The notes beneath the pieces were generated by a model, which saw only the letters and a program-made list of their open reading frames with translations, did not search any database and was not told the origin of the DNA. The translations under genes were made by a program, and so were the position numbers. Below are positions 59,616 through 64,000 of a stretch of DNA of 64,000 bases, piece by piece; the stretch's first letter is position 1, and every line of letters begins with the position of its first letter. Source of the DNA: OCS155 cluster bacterium AG-349-E07 (lineage in GTDB: Bacteria > Actinomycetota > Acidimicrobiia > Actinomarinales > Actinomarinaceae). The DNA is taken from positions 251,433 to 315,432 of the forward strand of contig QCCZ01000001.1 of the NCBI GenBank assembly GCA_003281085.1, written 5' to 3'.

Positions 59616-60931
59616 GATAAAAGTTTAACAACATCTTTTTGAAGCAGATTTTCTAGGTAATAATTTCTAATTTCTACAATTACTTCTAATCCCTCTTCAA
59701 TATTTTTAACACTTATGATGGAAGAGTACTTGTGTAGTTGATCCAAGTCCTTAGGCGATATTATAAGCGAAACTTCATTTAGATCACCAAAGACATTTGT
59801 TGTAATCTCGGAAATTAATTTTTCAATGTTTGTCCCTTTTGTTGATGATACAAATATTGCATCTGGATATTTTTCTGTTAAATAATTTAAAGACGCCTTG
59901 TCAATTCTATCTATTTTATTGAAAACCAATATTTCAGGCACATCTGCTTCAATCTGGTCTAGTATTTCATGCACAGTATTTATGTGCATTTCTGGTATTG
60001 CAGATGCTGCGTCAACAACATGAATTAATAAATTTGCTTCTTTAACAACTGTAAGTGTTGATTTAAAAGATTCAATCAATGTTGTTGGAAGATTTTGAAT
60101 AAACCCAACTGTATCCGAGAGTATTATGTGCTCATTTATTCCATCAATTTTTAACTCTCTTTGTAAAGAATCAACAGTTGCAAATAACTCATTAGCTACA
60201 TATGTTTTCGAAGACGTAATTTTTTCTAGCATGGTAGATTTTCCTGCATTCGTATAACCAACAATTGAAACAAGGGGTGTATTATTTTTCTTTCTAAAGC
60301 TAGATTGCACTTCTCTTTGTTTACTAACTTTTTTAATTTCCCTTTTTAATTTATTAATTCTGTTGTCAATTAATCTATTGTCTGTTTCAAGCTTTGTTTC
60401 ACCAGGTCCTCTTGTTCCTATACCACCGCCCTGCTGATTCAAAGTTTTACCTAAGCCAGCTAAACGTGGTTTTAAGTAAATTGATAAAGCTAATTCAACT
60501 TGTAAGCTGGCTTCCTTTGACTGAGCATGAAGTGCAAATATATCAAGGATAAGACCAGTCCTGTCTACTACATCACACTTGAATAAAGCTCTCAATTCTT
60601 TTTGTTGATTTGGAGTTAATTCGCAATCAAATAAAACCACATCAATATCATTTGCATCTGAGATATCTACCAATTCTTTTATAGAACCTTTACCAATAAA
60701 AGTTTTAGGATCAATTTTTTCAACCCTTTTAGTCTGGATTATTGTTGGACTTGATCCAGCAGTTTTTACTAAATTTACAAGCTCTTTAAGAGACTCTTCC
60801 TTGTCAGCTCTTATTTCGTTTTTTAAGACTATTCCAATTAATAATGCTTTTTGAGTAGTGACAAAGATATCTCTATCAGATACTGTTAGAAGCCTTCTAT
60901 CTGATTGGTTTGGATTATTTCTTTGATTCAA
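59612..60931 (-). CDS. hflX: Ribosome-splitting GTPase HflX
   Basis: GGGIGTRGPGETKLE, GYTNAGKS, DTVGF, NKID. Confidence 0.97.
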   Translation of the reverse strand: MNQRNNPNQSDRRLLTVSDRDIFVTTQKALLIGIVLKNEIRADKEESLKELVNLVKTAGSSPTIIQTKRVEKIDPKTFIGKGSIKELVDISDANDIDVVLFDCELTPNQQKELRALFKCDVVDRTGLILDIFALHAQSKEASLQVELALSIYLKPRLAGLGKTLNQQGGGIGTRGPGETKLETDNRLIDNRINKLKREIKKVSKQREVQSSFRKKNNTPLVSIVGYTNAGKSTMLEKITSSKTYVANELFATVDSLQRELKIDGINEHIILSDTVGFIQNLPTTLIESFKSTLTVVKEANLLIHVVDAASAIPEMHINTVHEILDQIEADVPEILVFNKIDRIDKASLNYLTEKYPDAIFVSSTKGTNIEKLISEITTNVFGDLNEVSLIISPKDLDQLHKYSSIISVKNIEEGLEVIVEIRNYYLENLLQKDVVKLLS

Positions 60932-61261
60932 TTATTTCATTATAGGTAATTGGCCATTTTCAGAAGATTTTGAAAGCTCTTCTTCAGCAATAATTTGAGA
61001 TTCTCTAACAGCTAAAACTACTTTTCCAGTTGGAGGCCAGATAAATTTCCATGCACCACTAGCTACAGCCCAGAACTGCTGTCCTGTATCAACATCAATA
61101 AGAGGAAGTGCTTCTGAAGTTTTTTCACTACCAGCTGGTACAAGAAGTCCTGACTTAGTAATTGTCTCTTCTTTTAGGTGACCAACTCTCCAACCTGGAG
61201 AAACTTTGAATCCGGCAGGTGCTTCTTGCACCTCATCTAATAAGTTTTTTTCTTCTGCCAT
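60932..61261 (-). CDS. Divergent GroES/Cpn10-like protein
   Basis: EETITKSGLLVP mobile-loop-like motif and C-terminal G..VLAVRESQIIA; the V.AVG.G roof segment is missing. Confidence 0.55.
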   Translation of the reverse strand: MAEEKNLLDEVQEAPAGFKVSPGWRVGHLKEETITKSGLLVPAGSEKTSEALPLIDVDTGQQFWAVASGAWKFIWPPTGKVVLAVRESQIIAEEELSKSSENGQLPIMK

Positions 61262-61296
61262 TTTTCTATATTAAACATGTATATCTTATAAAGTAG

Positions 61297-61388
61297 CGGA
61301 GGTGGACAGGAATCGAACCTGCCAAAGACTTTTACACCTTTCAACAGTTTTGAAGACTGTGGAGCCCACCAGGCGCTCATTCACCTCC
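61297..61388 (-). tRNA. selC: tRNA-Sec (anticodon UCA)
   Basis: GGAGGTG acceptor, D-arm with TGGT loop, ACAGT-CTTCAAA-ACTGT anticodon arm (anticodon at 61351-61353), long variable arm, GCAGG-TTCGATT-CCTGT T-arm, discriminator G; CCA not encoded. Confidence 0.95.
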
Positions 61389-61440
61389 ATTATTAAGACT
61401 AGTTATATAAAAAAATATTATTTGAATAGAATTAAATGTA

Positions 61441-62025
61441 ATGAAAAGTTTTCACCAAATATTTAATGAGCTTAAGAAAGATAGAGGATTAAGCAACAAA
61501 CAGATTGCTTCATTTACTGGTGTAAAACTAAAAGAAGTTAAACAATGGGAAGCAGGAACCAGTTTTCCAATTGAAACTAAGGTAGTTGATGCACTAGAAG
61601 GATTACTAGGTACTGAAATTAGCGAATCATTAGAAGGATACAGTTCGAAAAGCAAAATAAATAGCCAAGTCAAAACTGCCGAGGACGATATTTTCAAAGT
61701 AAAAAAAGAAAAAATAGATGTTACAAATACAAAGATTGATAAGTTACGAAACTTGTTTCAAAAACAACCTCAGAATACTACGGAGTATGAATTTGATAAT
61801 GAAATTCAACACATAACGGATGATTACTATTTTGAAGAAGACACAGCTGTGCCTGCACAAAATGTTTTAGAAAAACCCTATATATATGATGAAAATCAAA
61901 TAGGTTTTTATTTTTCGAGAAATTTAAAAACTATTGGTCTGCTTTCTGTTTTAGGTGTAATTATTTTTAGTTTTTTTCAGCTATTTTGGGACTCCTTTAA
62001 CTTATTTTTAGAAAACTTACTGTGA
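61441..62025 (+). CDS. XRE-type HTH protein with C-terminal TM anchor
   Basis: RGLSNKQIASFTGV..V.QWEAG..FP; hydrophobic C-terminus. Confidence 0.75.
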   Translation: MKSFHQIFNELKKDRGLSNKQIASFTGVKLKEVKQWEAGTSFPIETKVVDALEGLLGTEISESLEGYSSKSKINSQVKTAEDDIFKVKKEKIDVTNTKIDKLRNLFQKQPQNTTEYEFDNEIQHITDDYYFEEDTAVPAQNVLEKPYIYDENQIGFYFSRNLKTIGLLSVLGVIIFSFFQLFWDSFNLFLENLL

Positions 62026-62906
62026 GATTACTTTTTTACACAAAACTAGGTTTAGTCCTTTCAGTACTCTCTATCCTTGCTGGTGCATTTGTTAGGGCAA
62101 CAGGATCAGGGGATGGGTGTGGTGCAACTTGGCCAACATGCAAAGGAAAAATAATTCCAACGCTTTCAGATACATCAGAAATTATTGAGTTTTCACATCG
62201 AAGCATTAGTGGAGTCTTATTAATTGTTACTTTGTATATTTTTATTAATTCAAGAAAATTAGAAAAAGACAGTATTGCAAGAACCGCTGTAAACTATCTC
62301 ACATTTTTTGTACTATTTGAGGCATTAATAGGTGCTGTAATAGTGGTATTTGAATGGGTAGGATTAAATAGTTCATTACCTAGAATTATTGCTGTACCAA
62401 TCCACCTTGTTAACACATTCGGCCTTTTAGCTAGCTACGTAATTCTCTATAAAATACTTGAAAATAAATTAGACAGCATAAAAAATCTTTGGGATCGAAA
62501 TTTTATAATTATATCTATTTTCTTTCTTCTTACAGGAGCTACAGGATCAATAACTGCCCTTGCTGATGTACTATATCCAAGCGCATCTTTTTATGAGGGT
62601 TTTCTTGATGATTTTGATAAAACTTCTGAGTTATTGACCAGATTGAGAATTTTTCATCCTATAATTTCAACAATTTTATCAATAGGTTTATACATTGAAT
62701 CCAAGCAACTTAAAGAAAGATTCAATATAAACACAAATTTTCTTAAATTTTTGATTTTTTCAGCAATTTTTCTTGGTGTTATCAATGTTTTATCAAACAT
62801 TGTTCTATTTCTTAGTATTTTTCACCTAGCAATGGCTGATTTACTATGGATTACCTATATATATGTGAGTTTGGATAAGGTAAAAAATAATCTACCTACA
62901 AATTAG
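62022..62906 (+). CDS. ctaA: Heme A synthase (COX15/CtaA)
   Basis: GAFVRATGSGDGCGATWPTC, IEFSHR, conserved His residues. Confidence 0.92.
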   Translation: MRLLFYTKLGLVLSVLSILAGAFVRATGSGDGCGATWPTCKGKIIPTLSDTSEIIEFSHRSISGVLLIVTLYIFINSRKLEKDSIARTAVNYLTFFVLFEALIGAVIVVFEWVGLNSSLPRIIAVPIHLVNTFGLLASYVILYKILENKLDSIKNLWDRNFIIISIFFLLTGATGSITALADVLYPSASFYEGFLDDFDKTSELLTRLRIFHPIISTILSIGLYIESKQLKERFNINTNFLKFLIFSAIFLGVINVLSNIVLFLSIFHLAMADLLWITYIYVSLDKVKNNLPTN

Positions 62907-62976
62907 CTTTAAATTAAACACTGTTATAGACTTCACCTTTGTAACTAGATGAGAAAAGGAAAAGTCAAAATATACG

Positions 62977-64000
62977 ATGGTAACTAAAACAATTCCTTCA
63001 AAACCAAAACCTGAGGCTAAAGAGGTCGATTTTTCAAATGAAGACATTACTTTAACACCTGAACAGGAAAAAGCTGCTCGTGAAAAAGCTAAATCTCTTA
63101 CAAAAAAATTAGCTGATGACAAAGGAAAACTTACTACTGATCTTGTGAGTCAATATCTGACAGCTATTGGTAACTTTGACTTATTGACTGCTGAGCAAGA
63201 AGTCGAATTAGCACAAAAAATTGAATCAGGAGAAAAAGCTGCTGTCAAACTTCACAAAAAACAATTCAAAGATAAAAAAGGTGAGATAAGACTTAAAAGA
63301 GACAGAAAAAAAGGTGCAGAAGCGAAAGATGCGTTTTTGACAGCTAACTTAAGACTTGTTGTTGCAAATGCTAGAAGATACGCTAACACATCTGGAATTG
63401 ACTTTTTAGATTTGATTCAAGAAGGTAACTTAGGCTTAATTAGAGCAGTTGAAAAATTTGATTGGAGAAAAGGTTTTAAATTCTCAACTTACGCTACTTG
63501 GTGGATTAGACAGGCAATTACAAGAGCAATAGCAGATAAATCTCGTACTGTAAGAATCCCTGTTCACTTACATGACACAATGGCAGCTGTTAGAGCAGCA
63601 CAAGCACAATTAAAAGCTGAGTTAGGTAGAGATCCAAAACCGCAGGAAATTGCTAAAGAAGCAGGCGTAGGCGTAGACAAAGTGGAACTTGCTTTAAGTG
63701 TTGCTGATACTGTTTCTCTAGAACAGCCAGTTGGTGAAGACGGTGCTCAACTTGGAGATTTTATTCAAGATGAAGATGCAAGTGACCCTTCGTTGATAGT
63801 TCAAGATCTTGATGTTGCTGAAAGTTTACGAGACAGCATTAGCAGATTACCTGAGAGAGAGGGAAGAATTCTTGCTCTGAGATATGGTTTTTATGATGGC
63901 GTTCCTAGAACCCTTGAAGAAATTGGTGAAGAATTTGATTTAACAAGAGAAAGAATTAGACAATTGGAAAAACTCGCTCTTTGTAGATTAAGACATCCGT
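62977..64000 (+). CDS. RpoD/SigA-family sigma70 factor (group 1 or 2), 3'-truncated by window edge; not in ORF track
   Basis: ATG 62977 open to the end: [70 protein letters not shown]. Confidence 0.95.
   Translation, partial: MVTKTIPSKPKPEAKEVDFSNEDITLTPEQEKAAREKAKSLTKKLADDKGKLTTDLVSQYLTAIGNFDLLTAEQEVELAQKIESGEKAAVKLHKKQFKDKKGEIRLKRDRKKGAEAKDAFLTANLRLVVANARRYANTSGIDFLDLIQEGNLGLIRAVEKFDWRKGFKFSTYATWWIRQAITRAIADKSRTVRIPVHLHDTMAAVRAAQAQLKAELGRDPKPQEIAKEAGVGVDKVELALSVADTVSLEQPVGEDGAQLGDFIQDEDASDPSLIVQDLDVAESLRDSISRLPEREGRILALRYGFYDGVPRTLEEIGEEFDLTRERIRQLEKLALCRLRHP

Noticed and set aside
61262-62025. Prophage or island integrated at selC (HTH gene and GroES-like gene flank it)
   Set aside because: No integrase, no duplicated tRNA 3' end seen, and the flanks run directly into housekeeping genes
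62949-62987. 12-aa u[15 protein letters not shown] overlapping the sigma factor start, faintly like a cold-shock protein N-terminus
   Set aside because: Too short, no further similarity, and expected by chance in A-rich sequence that also holds the sigma SD
186-63122. Many 60-200 aa antisense or alternate-frame ORFs in the track (e.g. 5047..5607, 17023..17481, 42087..42554, 54571..55176, 62892..63122)
   Set aside because: They lie inside well-supported genes on the opposite strand or frame, have no recognisable motifs and show antisense-shadow composition
1-64000. CRISPR arrays, transposases, rRNA genes, long tandem repeats
   Set aside because: None seen; nearly all sequence is accounted for by coding genes and spacers are too short

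Overview
AT-rich, gene-dense bacterial chromosome segment with very short or overlapping intergenic spacers and standard genetic code. Actinobacterial markers (PAC2, bS22, DUF3159, dnaK-grpE-dnaJ-hspR, F420-type LLM enzyme) together with low GC suggest a streamlined marine Acidimicrobiia such as Ca. Actinomarina; this is inference. Most content is housekeeping: copZA, purAB, an aap amino-acid ABC transporter, the dnaK operon, nadE, a caa3-type oxidase operon with ctaA/B/G, pepN, gnd, hflX and a sigma70. The ORF track misses several things. (1) A selenocysteine system: a SelW/Rdx selenoprotein (CxxU, 6009-6245), a Sec-containing SelD (35935-36975) and a non-canonical tRNA-Sec (61297-61388). (2) Ribosomal protein bS22. 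Candidate novelties are two paralogous C-x4-C-x12-C-x2-H microproteins, one behind a perfect Rex-type box and followed by a C-rich 6C-like RNA, the other heading the dnaK operon behind a HAIR-like palindrome; a lipoyl/biotinyl-like domain inserted in the AapQ permease; a divergent 'roofless' GroES-like protein beside selC; and an Lnt whose nucleophile Cys is replaced by Ser. No CRISPR array, IS element or prophage was seen. All calls come from motif recognition by eye; no database searches were run.
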